DNA from: Antedon mediterranea
Lineage: Eukaryota > Animalia > Echinodermata
NCBI RefSeq assembly: GCF_964355755.1
Contig: NC_092672.1
Coordinates: 7,626,001 to 7,690,000, forward strand
DNA: 64,000 bases
Direction: 5' to 3'
The position numbers were made by a program, and so were the translations under genes. Below the pieces are notes generated by a model. It did no database searches, was not told the origin of the DNA, and saw nothing but the letters and a program-made list of their open reading frames with translations. Of this stretch, positions 40,953 through 52,711 are shown one piece after another (position 1 is the stretch's first letter; each line of letters opens with the position of its first letter).

Positions 40953-42938
40953 TTGTTGACGATGTTATTTGGAATGTCGACCAAAAACACCAATGGTTTC
41001 AGCAGCTGAAAGAACGAGTGAACAACTAAATACAACGATGTCACTTTATTTTCAAATAGACACATTTACAGTAGAACAATTTTGAAATAAAATAGACTAT
41101 ATTACATGTGTGCTACTATTATTGTATAGTTTGCACTACTGAGAAAGTACCAGTATGTAGACTAGAACCTGTATTATGTAAGACTTACCTTGTCTTTGAG
41201 GTTGAAAGCTACGTTAGGCCTAGAATGTCCGTCGTCTTCATGAACACTAATTTCTTTTCGATCTGGTTGACATAATTTGTTATTGCAGAATTACTAAAAC
41301 TGTAATACCAATGTATATGTATAGAAATACTGCGATTATTGCGTACATGTACGGGTATTGATTGATTGAGTGATTATTTGGATCAACCTATTGGAAAATG
41401 TACGACAAAGCTTTCAAAACAATGACACGTGACAAGTAATACTTGTTTTTAAAAGCATTGCCGGCCGTCAGACGTGATTTATTTTATTAACAATATACTA
41501 CTGAAAAAATAAATGAAAACTAAGTAATATTAAATATTAAGTGCAACAAATTATACGTAGATTAATGATTGATTTAAATTAAAATGATTCTGTACAAGGT
41601 TTGACCTAACACGTGATCACTTACTATGCAAATAGCGATTTAATTAAATGTTTTATGAACTTGCTTACAAGTAATTCTACAAATATTAAAGTAATACAAT
41701 TAATTAAAAACCATCATTTCAAATCATTGTACAGAAGTATAATTGATTACAATTTAATATTATTATATAGAAAAACATACGATAAACCTAAACTATAATA
41801 TACTCTAAGACATTTTCTTTGGGAGTTAAACAAAGTAAAATTTGGTGAAACTAACCGACGTTTCGTGAACACTCGGTTTACATTTTGTGCTGTTCTAATG
41901 AAGAAACGCCGACTAACCGTTTCAATATAAAGTATATAAACATCACAATTTACACAATTATTTTTTTAAAGAAAGTATGCACTCTAACATGGAAATTATA
42001 TTTACTTAAATTCTGCATAATTGTTGTATAATTGTTATAATATTGTATGAGGCAGCGAATGCTGTAATGATATTAAAAGATTTATACAGACTTTGCGACC
42101 AGAAATCACATTAAATTAATAATTTTATTCATTTTGCCAAGATAGATCTTAGGTATAACCACACCATATTCAATTCAGAATGAAGTATCTAGTTTATGCA
42201 TGGCAACTCAATCTCAAACTTTAAATCTATCTATACAGTATGTACATATATATGGACATAATATTATTGCTTTAATGATAGAATATACTTTTAAAGCATT
42301 TTTTTCCTAATTTGAGACTTATAAACGCTAAATTCTAATCGGATTTTCTTAATCCTCCTCATTAGTTTGTGTCGATTGACATGTAGGTATTTCATATTGA
42401 TTAGGTATCTGTGATTCCAGGTGGTCTGGTGCGCAGGACATCGTGGTACTAGGTGTAGGAGTCAAAACGTCGTTAGGTTGTATGGATGTTTCATATCAGT
42501 TTTTCTTTGTGTAGATACACAGCTCATACTTGTTGCATGCGGTGTCTTTTGCTGAACATGTCATTTTACATTCCTAATAGAAAAGAACACAAAAAACAAT
42601 TTAGTATTAATTTGTAAATGTGTATATTATTCGTTACCGTGCATAAGACAAAAATATACTAATAAAAAATAATAGAAACAGATATACATACCATTTCTGC
42701 GTTAGACTCCATTTGTAAGTAATCATTTTTCGTCGCATTCTCTAACAAAGTATCTAATTCATTGAACAGAATGTCAAAGGTCGGTCGTTTATCAGGAGAT
42801 TTCTTCCAACATCTCTTCATTATAGAATACCTGTAAAAAAGTAATATATTTCGTTTTTGAAGAATTTAACAATGACTAAGTCTACCGTTTAATTCTTTTA
42901 AAGTAAATAAATAAAACTATGATAACTCAGGTTTTACT

Positions 42939-43700
42939 TAACAAGGCCATATAGATGGCTGCAGTCGCGTGCTCATTAGTGTTTACCGACCGACTGACCA
43001 ACCTAACCAACTGACCGAAATTACTGAACATGTTTAAAAATGTTGAAATGTTTAAAAACATTTATATTTTTTTTAATCTACACGTGCGTAGCCTGTCACT
43101 TTTGACGTGCTCGTTTAACGTAATTTCGAGTTAAAAAGTAAGTCAAGAAAACAGAAATTGGGCAAAAAGAGTGCGCAATAACATTTAACGCGCAGTGCGC
43201 GCGCAAAAATCTGCGCACTCATGGCAATTTTGTAAACGCTTAAAATTGCCTGAAACATACTCTTATTTCATCGAAAATGAATTTTGAAAATTTTAAGCGC
43301 GCGTACGCATGCGTTACATGTGCTACGCACGTAACGTAATTGTATTGCCAAATGATGATTTATGCCCTGAAATTTATGAGTACCAAATTTTATTTAATTG
43401 TGATTCATGGTTGTGAAGATATGATTACAAACGTGATTTCGTTAAATCGTACGTAGACCGCGTAATTTTTTACTGGGCACCGTGAAAACATAACCACATC
43501 GATTCCTGGCCATAAGGAATATACTGTGAAAAATTGACTTAGCTAGATTAAACTGATATCAAGATAAGGTCAGAAAGCAATAAAACGCATAGTGATACCG
43601 GACCGACAGACAGACCGACAGACCGACCGACAGACGGACTGACCGACAGACCGACCGACCGACATAGTGAACTATAGAGTCACGTCCACGCGACTAAAAA
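42939..43700 (-). mobile_element. HINE-like element, family 1, full-length
   Basis: Minus strand: TTTTTAGTCGCGTG, microsatellite, core, CACGCGACT, stem-loop GCCAT-CTAT-ATGGC, then TT. Confidence 0.8.
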
Positions 43701-44881
43701 CATTGAACGAGCTAAATTCTACATCGAATCACAAGTATATTTTTACAAATGGATCAAAATAATATTTTGAATACGTTAAATCATAAATTAAACTCTAATT
43801 TTATTTTAAACATATTAAACAAAATATGAGTACATAGGCTAGTAATGCTTATAAACAAGTCACCTTTTAATTATGTACATACTTTATTTAAACTATTATT
43901 TTGTTCCTATATTAAACGCAGTGATAGACACCGATTTAATGTAATTACGTTGCTTACACTTGGTGGGGACAGTTGCCTGGCCGTGCCATTCGGTAACCTT
44001 GTTGCAGTTTCTTCGGAAGCATTTCTATGAGAACATCCGGATATGGAACTTTTCCATAGGTAAATATTTCGTACAAAACAACACCAAAAGACCACCTGAA
44101 TTTCACAATAAACAATATTCATTTATAATCACTAAAAAATGAACAAACTTCCTGCTACAATTCCCATAAAAACATGGTTTTTCAGTGGTGTGAAATGTGC
44201 TTAAAGGTTTTGTGTGTATTTGATGTACGATATTAATATATAGTAATAATACCTGTAGATCAGATGCTATAATAATACCACGAATTAACCATGGCACTAT
44301 ACATTTAATTTTATAGCTTCATGAAAAAACTTACACGTCACTTTCTGATGACATCCGTTTTTCAAATATTGTTTCCAAGCTATACCATTTTACGGGTATC
44401 TCACCGTCGGATAGTTTGATGTAACCTCTCTCAAATACGTCTTGTCCCAGCCCAAAATCAGCAACTTTTGCAATCAGTTTTTCTCCAACTAGAATGTTTC
44501 TTGCAGCTAAATCACCGTGAACTATTTTGTTTGCAGCGACATAGTCCTAAAAATACAATTGGAAGCCTCACATTTTTATTATTAAAATAATTATATAATT
44601 ATGCAAGTAGAAAAATAACTTGTGTTTATATTGTGTTCTTGAGATGTGTAGAATACAAGTAAGCGTCAAGCTCAGGCGGCGTTTGTAAGGCACTCATGAC
44701 TCCAATTCAATATAAACATTGTTTAATTTACAATATTAAAAATAGCAATAATAAATAACTAAATTACAAGTACATTACAACATATAAAAATGACATTAAC
44801 ATATTTAAAGCATAAATGATAAAATATTATTTAAAAATTAGGATGACTATAGCGAGGCATTTAATAAAAAGGCAAATTGCC

Positions 44882-46740
44882 TTAAAATGTAAATGTGACA
44901 TGTTTCCAGAAACTATTCTCATCATCAGAACAGTAAACAACGCCTAGAGTGCTTATATACCAGTAAGACATGTTGTATGTAAATAAGTAAGTAATTAACA
45001 TAATAAAACAACAGGGAATGTAGGCAACAACCAATAATATGGCAAGTGTGACGCCTAAATTATAGATTTGTTTGTTCAAGGAAGGTTTAATCCACGAGAT
45101 GTGGAGGGCTTCCTTGACCTTAAGTTTGAAAGCTGAATCTGCAGAATCCAGAACGGTGAAGCAATCCGCATTAGTGAGGGCCTTACACCGTTCTGAATCC
45201 TGCAGATGTTGAAAAATGTGAGAAGCATTGTCCCTGAAATGTTCACGCACCCGCATTGATAACCGTCTATTGGTTTCACCAATATACATGGAATTACATC
45301 CCATACATTTAAATTTATAAACAACACGAGAGCGGAACACATCAGGGACAGGGTCCTTAAGACTACACAAGTTTGAAATTTTGAATGATTTGAAAGCTAA
45401 TTTAATATTAATACCTTTGTAATATTTACGTGTAATTTTGTCGATTCTTTGTTGTGTGCATTTGGCAAACTGTAAGTAAGGTAATTTAAAATAAAGAACA
45501 TTGTTTTGTTCAATAATGGACTCAACTGACGCAACATTGCAAGGAGTGAAAAATATTATTAAGATATCTGTAAATATTGTCATTAATTATTCTGAATGGA
45601 AAACAGTTTTTACTTAAAATGGTTTTAAGAGTTGAAATGTCATTGTTAAAGCTAGAACAGGAATTATTCAATTTATAAACTCTATCAATCAAAGTAAGCC
45701 CAATTTTGTAAGAAAAGGAAGTGAAACTGTTAAAATTAGTGAGGAGACCCGTTAAGGTAGGCTTTCTGAAGACCGAAGTTACCACAGAAGAACCATTATT
45801 GTTTAACATTATATCTAAAAATGGAAGACAATGGTAAATCTCATATTCAATTGTGAACTTTATGTTGGTGTGCTGATCGTTAATATAGTCAAAGAAAGTA
45901 TTTGCATCATCTTTTGTATTGAATAAACAAAAAATGTCATAACGACGGTAAAACATGACCGAAGCTTGTGAGAAGTTCTTTAACCATGTTTGTTCATGAT
46001 GACCAATACATAAATTGGCTAAAACAGGTGCAAGTGGGGATCTCATTGACACACCTATTTGATCATAAATATCACCATTGAATATAAAATTGTTTTTTTC
46101 CGTAGCAAATAAAAACAATTAATTTGCGTAAATCGCTTTTGTTTAAGCTCATATTATAATTGACATCATTAGTGATATAGTCAACAGCAATGTCAATGCA
46201 TTCAAACAGGGGGATGTTCGTGAACAAACTAACCACATCAAATGACACCATACATTTGTGCGAAGTGTCAACATGTTGGATTTCCTTCACAAATGGCCAC
46301 ATATTGATTAGGTAATACCGGAATAAGTAATTCGCATAAAAATGTCACCAGATTATAATTGACAGCGCCAATAGAAGAAACTATTAGTCGAAATTTAGGT
46401 GTGGAATTGGGAGGACGGATTTTGTGTATCTTGGGCAAGCCATACATCCTAGCGGGTTGTGAACCATTGGGATACATTTTCTTATAAATTACTTGATCAA
46501 TTTTCCCATTACTTTTTAATTGTCTCTCTCTGGTGATCGTGGGATCATTGTGAATTAAACAAAATTTAGTCGAGTCCTTTAGAATCTCCAACATACCATT
46601 GACGTAATCAACACGATTTAGAATAACAACCCCATTTCCTTTGTCAGGTTTTATGATGATAATATCTTTGTTCTTGCGAAGGTCTTGCAATACTTTACAT
46701 CTCTTTAGATCCGTACGTGTTGGACGAAACGATGAGACGT
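44882..46740 (-). mobile_element. Penelope-like retroelement (RT plus GIY-YIG endonuclease), frameshifted
   Basis: Consecutive ORF pieces KPDKGNGVV, MYGLPKIHK, SFDVVSLFTNIP, SPLAPVLAN, LPFLD, VFRKPT, VVYKFKC..C...YIGET.R.L..RVREH; lies in a kinase intron. Confidence 0.92.
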
Positions 46741-46779
46741 ATTTTAAAAAAGTGTGCTGTAAAACATGAGTTTATAGGC

Positions 46780-47120
46780 CTATATTGTATATAATAACAT
46801 TTTTTGTTTTATCTTACTAATTATTACAATCTCGGCTCAGTATACCAGGAGTCCTCAACCAGGAGCCATGGTTCCTCAGACCACCCCAAAAAAGAAACAA
46901 AAAACTGATATGACAAACAGGAGGCACAGACTGAATCACCATGTATGTGATAATCCGTAGTTGATAATGACATTTTCAGATCTAGTAGTTTGAGTGAAAG
47001 CTATGGAGAATGATTTATTGTTGTGTCTGCGGTTATATTTATGTTTGACTTGTGGTAGGAGAAAGTGATTCAGCCGGTTCTCCCCAGACTTCAGTTTTGT
47101 GAAGTACTTTCTTCTCATCT
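46780..47120 (-). mobile_element. LINE 3'-end fragment
   Basis: ORF 46936-47118 (RLNHFLLP..YN.R..T.R) resembles a LINE ORF2 C-terminus. Confidence 0.45.
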
Positions 47121-47649
47121 CCAGAAGTCGGTCCTTGAGATAGGGTAGCCTAAGGAACTCCTTAGCCTGCTATACTTATACAGAAAAAAGAATAAGTTCA
47201 TTTGAAACTTATGGTGATAAGAAAACAACTGCGTGATCGTTCGTTCTAAGCTTGATGATGCATTACAGTATTCAACACTTATAATAACATGTGTTAAAAC
47301 ACAATATTTAAAAAAGAAAAATTTCATCAGCAGCTTGAATATACTTACCAATCCAGATGCAATTTGTCTGGCTAAACTATATAGTTCTGCAAGTCCAATA
47401 TTGAAGGTTGGGTCAGTGAATTCATCTTCTTTCTTCATCTAGTATCGATAAGCAAAAAGAAACAAAATACTTGAAACACATAAATAAAAGACGTATCATT
47501 ATATAACGTTATGACTGTGGTAAAAAAAAACCTATATCCACCCCAATTCGGTACGTTTATTTTATGCTCTTAGTAGGATTCTAAATAAACTATCGCATAA
47601 CACGATTATAACTTGATATAACCTACATCTGTAATGTTGATACATAAAG

Positions 47650-47963
47650 AGTGAGTGAGTGGCCGAGCGGTTAAGACAGTGGAACCGTAATTACGTAGCC
47701 ATAACATCGGCAGGGGTTCAAGCTCACTCACTCCATGGTTCTGGTGGTAGAACGAGTCTTCTCGGATAAGGACTATATATACTATATGTACACTTCTAGC
47801 TCGTGTGCACTTTAAAGAACCTAGTACATCTTTCGAGACGAGTAGGGGGTTACCCCGGTGTATTAGTACATCACAGCCACTGATCACCAACTGGGCCCTC
47901 TGGGAGACCAGTCTTTGACTGAAGAGGTTACCCAGTATAAATATAAATTTCAATTCAATTCAA
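47650..47963 (+). mobile_element. tRNA-derived SINE with probable Deu/Nin-type core
   Basis: A-box TGGCCGAGCGG, B-box GGTTCAAGC, central ttaaagaacc..gagtaggggg-ttaccccggtg, (TTCAA)n tail. Confidence 0.75.
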
Positions 47964-49699
47964 AGCAGAGCATTCTACTAAAGTGTCGCAGAACATAAAT
48001 CAACCTAAACACTTTCTAGATCCTGGTCACAGGTCTACATCTCCCATAATACACACATACCTGCTCTGAGGCTCGTAAGAAGTGAAGCATGCTGCCATAT
48101 ATCATGTATTCAGTAATAAGTAACAGTGGATTGTCAGTTGTCTTACATTTTAATACGCTAAGAACATTTTGGTGATTTCCTTCGTTGGATCATCAAGTCA
48201 ATTTCATTTTTAAAGTTTTCCTTCTCTCCAGCCGATGACATGTCTAAAATAATTTATATTACAAGATTGTAAAAGAATACTTTGGTTAATATGTAGCCTA
48301 TTGTAATAATGTTTTGAATAAGTAATAACAAATGATATCTGTAACATTCTCCTACATAAGATGTCTCCGGAAATATATATATCGATAAATATATAATCAT
48401 TAAACCACTTGGCTTTCATGGTATAGTTTAAACACGATTGGATAGCGATTGTTACTTTAAGATTGCTCGCCGGTTTTTGAAAATTCTGTCCTATCTGTTA
48501 ACACTGCAGAGCTGAAAATAATACTAAAAAGTGTTCCAGATATGGGACCGTGGTCCGGATTGCCTCCAAAATGTAATGGAGAGGGAAACAGACAAACAGA
48601 CAGACAAACAGACATACGCGATCAATCGTTGTTGATATAAAATATTTCACTGATTGTATTTGATTAGAAAGATTACGCACCTAGTGGCGTCTTTACAGCG
48701 ACTTCAACATCAGAGTGTTTTGCTACTCCTTTTAAAGTACATGAAAACACTTTCCCAAACCGACCTCCTCCAATCAAGACGCGATTATCCCAATCAAGAT
48801 GCTCATTACTCTTTAACTCATGACCTTTGAACTTAATATCCGGTTCAATTCGTGGAATTATTAACTCTATATTCCCTTTAATTATGAAAAAAGTAGTAAT
48901 TAAACAACATTGTATTATGGTATGGTATATTTTACAGTTTAATGCAATTTACAAACGTTAGCATTAAATGTTGATTGATTTAAATAAGAAAATAATATAA
49001 TATGACAGAAAATTGAAAAATTACCTATTTTGGTATTTGCAGTATGATGTTTATTTTTACATCGTAGTGCTGAAAAAAATATCAAAACAGCTAAACACAC
49101 AGAGGTAATAACGATACCGACCAAGAGAGCAGGATCAATGCTTGTCTGTGGAGTTGATAATGACGTTAGTATGGTAGCATATGGATCCGTTGTGTCAGTG
49201 AAACTGCCAACAGTTGATGTTAGATAATCTAGGCCTATAGAATTATAAAACAGTTATCATTAGGATTAGGTGTTTCTGTATAGTAAGATTATTTGAGCAA
49301 AAACATATTACAATACAAATACAAAAGAGAAAAACGAGCACAGATAAAGGATGCACTCTGTTGAATATAATTGTCTACAACCAACAGGAAACAATCCTAT
49401 TTTAAAAATTCAGGTGGCTAAATGATGACGTCATAGAATGTTCATGTAAAGTATGTTCATGAAGTCATATCTACAACTCATTGGCTTCCATAATAAGTTA
49501 ATAACAAATAAGGTTTACCGTTTATTTTGAGGTATAAGACATTCAAAATAGGTATGTTTTTACAAAAATTAATTTTGTATTATACTGCCCATTGAATTGG
49601 AAAATTTTTAGTGCACATATGTCGTTATTGGACATGGAAATGAAAGCAAGTTATCACGTAGGGTATGAAGAACAAAATTAAGTTTTATTAGAGAGGATG

Positions 49700-49995
49700 C
49701 AACAGCAAAAAAAAGAGAATCCACCGAAGTCTCACTCCGGCTATAGGGAACAGATAGCAATGATTTGACAGAGGGGCCAAGGCGACGAGATGGAACGTAT
49801 TGAGGAGGAATTGGTGATACAAGATGGACGGGAAAAGATAAAGCATCTTCAAGGATCTTGAAAATCATACGCTGTTTGATGGGGAGCCAATGAAGGTCGA
49901 TGACAACCGGAGTGATATGATGACGGCGTGGTGTAAGTGTACACACACAGGCAGCAGGCTTTTTGGAGCCGGAGAAGTTTAAGAGAAAAGTGTAG
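49700..49995 (-). mobile_element. L2-type LINE fragment
   Basis: HITPVVIDLHWLPIKQRMIFKIL motif. Confidence 0.7.
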
Positions 49996-50303
49996 TACAA
50001 AATATGAACTTGGTTGAAGAAAAAACAAGGTGATCCTTGACAATCACATGGTAATTCGGATAACCTATGATATAGTTTAAAAGACAATTACAATAGGTTA
50101 TCTCCCCAATATATATATATATTTTTTTAATTTCAAATTCAATCATCTACATTATTTCTATTTTTAAGTCTTACCAATTACAGTAACTGTGAATGTACAG
50201 CTTCCTGTATTTCCAGCAGTATCTGTCTGTAGATGTACACGTAACATTACTTGAACCAACACTAAAGTTTGAACCAGAAGATGGAGTACACGTAGCTGAC
50301 AAA

Positions 50304-51381
50304 GGGTGTCACGAAACCTAAGACCACGAAAGCTAAGACCCCCTAAGACCTAAGATCACGAAAGCTAAGACCCAAGACCTAAGATTACAAATATTTATCT
50401 TTCGCACCTGCCTTGTATTTTAACTCCCAACATTTATTCTGAATACCACACCTTAGAATTGGCACTTTTATGAAAAAGAATCACATAAAAAGTAACAAAT
50501 ACAATTTTAAATTGATGATTTTACAGACGTTTTTCTCGCATACAAACTGTTTGCGAATTTCGCATGACTAGCCTACAGAGTACAGTAGGCCTACCCCTGT
50601 TCAATGTTTTTGTTTCTATGGAACGTCAAAAGAGCAAAAATTATATAGAGGGCTGAAAACTCTGTGGAGTCCATCTACAGTGTGGATGGAACAATGTAAA
50701 ATTAAAATTGTAATGATAATAGTATACGTAGTACGAAGAAAGAAATACTGGCAAATAAATTTTAATTTAAAAATCATGATAATAAGTTTTTTTGTTTCGT
50801 TTTCTTTCTGTTTTTATACTTGTACTATATGTTGCTCTGTTGGCGCTTGATAGAAACAAAAACATTGAGCATGGGGGGAGCTCGAGGAGTTATCTCTATG
50901 AGTATACAAAGAAACATGTCTGTAAAATCATCAATTTAAAGGATTTATTTATTTGTTTTTATGTGTTTCTCCTTCTGAAAGTACTTATAAATCCTAATTT
51001 TAAAGTGTGGTATTCAGGATAAATTTGGAGTCAAAATACAAGAAAGGCAGGTGCGTAAAAAAAACATTCTCTGAACCAATACAATGGAGTAAATATATAC
51101 CAACAAACAACCCGTCAAGTTTGTTTGTTGTAAAGAAAAACTATACATTTACTCAACGGGCGAAAATAATGTGAGTTTATCTATGTTTTGCGGTAGTATT
51201 TAATTATATTTATGGTAATAAATGAAACCTACTGTGTTTAAAATTATGTATGGATAAACAAGTATTGTTTTTAAGCTGTAGTATATCTTAGAATTTGTAA
51301 TCTTAGGTCTTGGGTCTTAGCTTTCGTGATCTTAGGTCTTAGGGGGTCTTAGCTTTCGTGGTCTTAGGTTTCGTGACACCC
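50304..51381. mobile_element. Mutator-like non-autonomous DNA transposon inside the HYR exon
   Basis: 89-bp TIRs (50304-50392 and 51293-51381) starting GGGTGTC; 10-bp TSD AGCTGACAAA at 50294-50303 and 51382-51391. Confidence 0.9.
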
Positions 51382-51636
51382 AGCTGACAAACTAGTATCA
51401 ACATTGTCACCAACTGAGAGGATATTCCAGGTCACTGTAGTTTGGTTTGTATTTGTACTGTTAGATATGTTAAGGCAAATAACAATAGGGGCTTCAACAT
51501 CTAGAAAAAAAATGACTATATTACACATTTGGGATAAGAATCATAAAACAGTTATTAGATTTCGTTATTTTGCATTTGAAGTTCATGAAAAAAAATAGAA
51601 TCAAACGAAAGGTATGAAGAAGAGAAACCAAAAGCA

Positions 51637-51715
51637 ACAAGGCAATATACATGGCTGCAGTCGCGTGCTCAAGTTAGTGTTTACCGACCAACCGACCGTT
51701 TCACGCGACTAAAAA
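51637..51715 (-). mobile_element. Minimal ~80-bp HINE family 1 deletion derivative
   Basis: Both termini of the 42939-43700 element joined through the ccgac microsatellite. Confidence 0.7.
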
Positions 51716-52711
51716 CGGTCTTTCTACGTGAGTTATTCGTGCAATGCTTGAGAAAATATGCGAATAACGAAAACAAAATAATACAGTTGAACCTCCCAGC
51801 CGATAGACCTGAATTCTCTAAATAGGCATAATTGTATTTTATTGTTTATGACCAAGCGGTTTAGTGTTGTTTATAATTATCAAACACATTTTAAAAGCTT
51901 TCAAGCACGACAATTGTCGGTCAAAATCTGTGTAGTTTTCTCATTTTCTAAAAATCGTCTTCACAGAAATGTTTTTAAAACCTCGGCCTATCAATACAAA
52001 TAACAAAATGATTACCAATGTCTCAACCATTTCTTTTTCAATGTCCAGAGTCTAAACCTTGTCGTTTATAGTTTAAAAACACCTGCAGGCCTATTAAAAA
52101 CGTCAGGTGTAAGCCTATAGTATTTTCTACAGTATTCATTTCAAATTCAATCATCTACATTTCTACATATTTCTATTTTTAAGTCTTACAAACTTCGGTA
52201 ACTATGAATGCAGCTTCCTGTATTTCTAGCGATATCTGTAGATGTACACGTACAACACACAACATTAAATATTGAACCAGAAGGTAGAGTACAAGTAGCT
52301 GACAAACCAGTATGAACATTTTCACTAACTATTAGGGGTCATTCAAGGTCACTGTATTTTGGTTTGTACTGATGTTGCTTAACAATATTACAATAAGTGC
52401 TGATAACCAGTAACACCAATCTAAATGGTCACTAGTAATTATAGTAATGGTCATGGTAATTTTTATCTAATCAACCAATTCTACTATGCCAAAATAGCCA
52501 TTGATATTTTGATAACCAATTTACAGTCTTTAGACAGTACTTTTTAGTTTGTTACAATAACATGCCCAATAAATATATATATATATATATAGGCCTATAT
52601 TGTTAAATGTCAAATTCAATCATCTACATTATTTCTATTTTTAAGTCTTACCAGTAATTAGGAATAGGAAACTTTTAAAATCGAATAAAATATTAGAAAA
52701 AATAAACATAC

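Larger units (their letters stand above)
42496..52420 (-). pseudogene. Receptor tyrosine kinase (HYR-TM-kinase), disrupted; 3' part of chimera E
   Basis: Exons: degenerate HYR ~52190-52420; HYR 50175-51500 split by a MITE; stalk+TM 49025-49234; 48681-48875 (GGGRFGKV, VAVK); 48061-48243 (frameshift ~48185); 47349-47438; 44335-44546 (HGDLAARN, DFG, PVKW, SDV); 43958-44095 (WSFGV); 42692-42830 (CW..RPTF); 42496-42573. Confidence 0.88.

Noticed and set aside
47650-47735. tRNA gene (similar heads near 9895-9965, 12565-12625 and 19255-19325)
   Set aside because: Only A/B-box-like motifs with no convincing cloverleaf; best explained as SINE heads.
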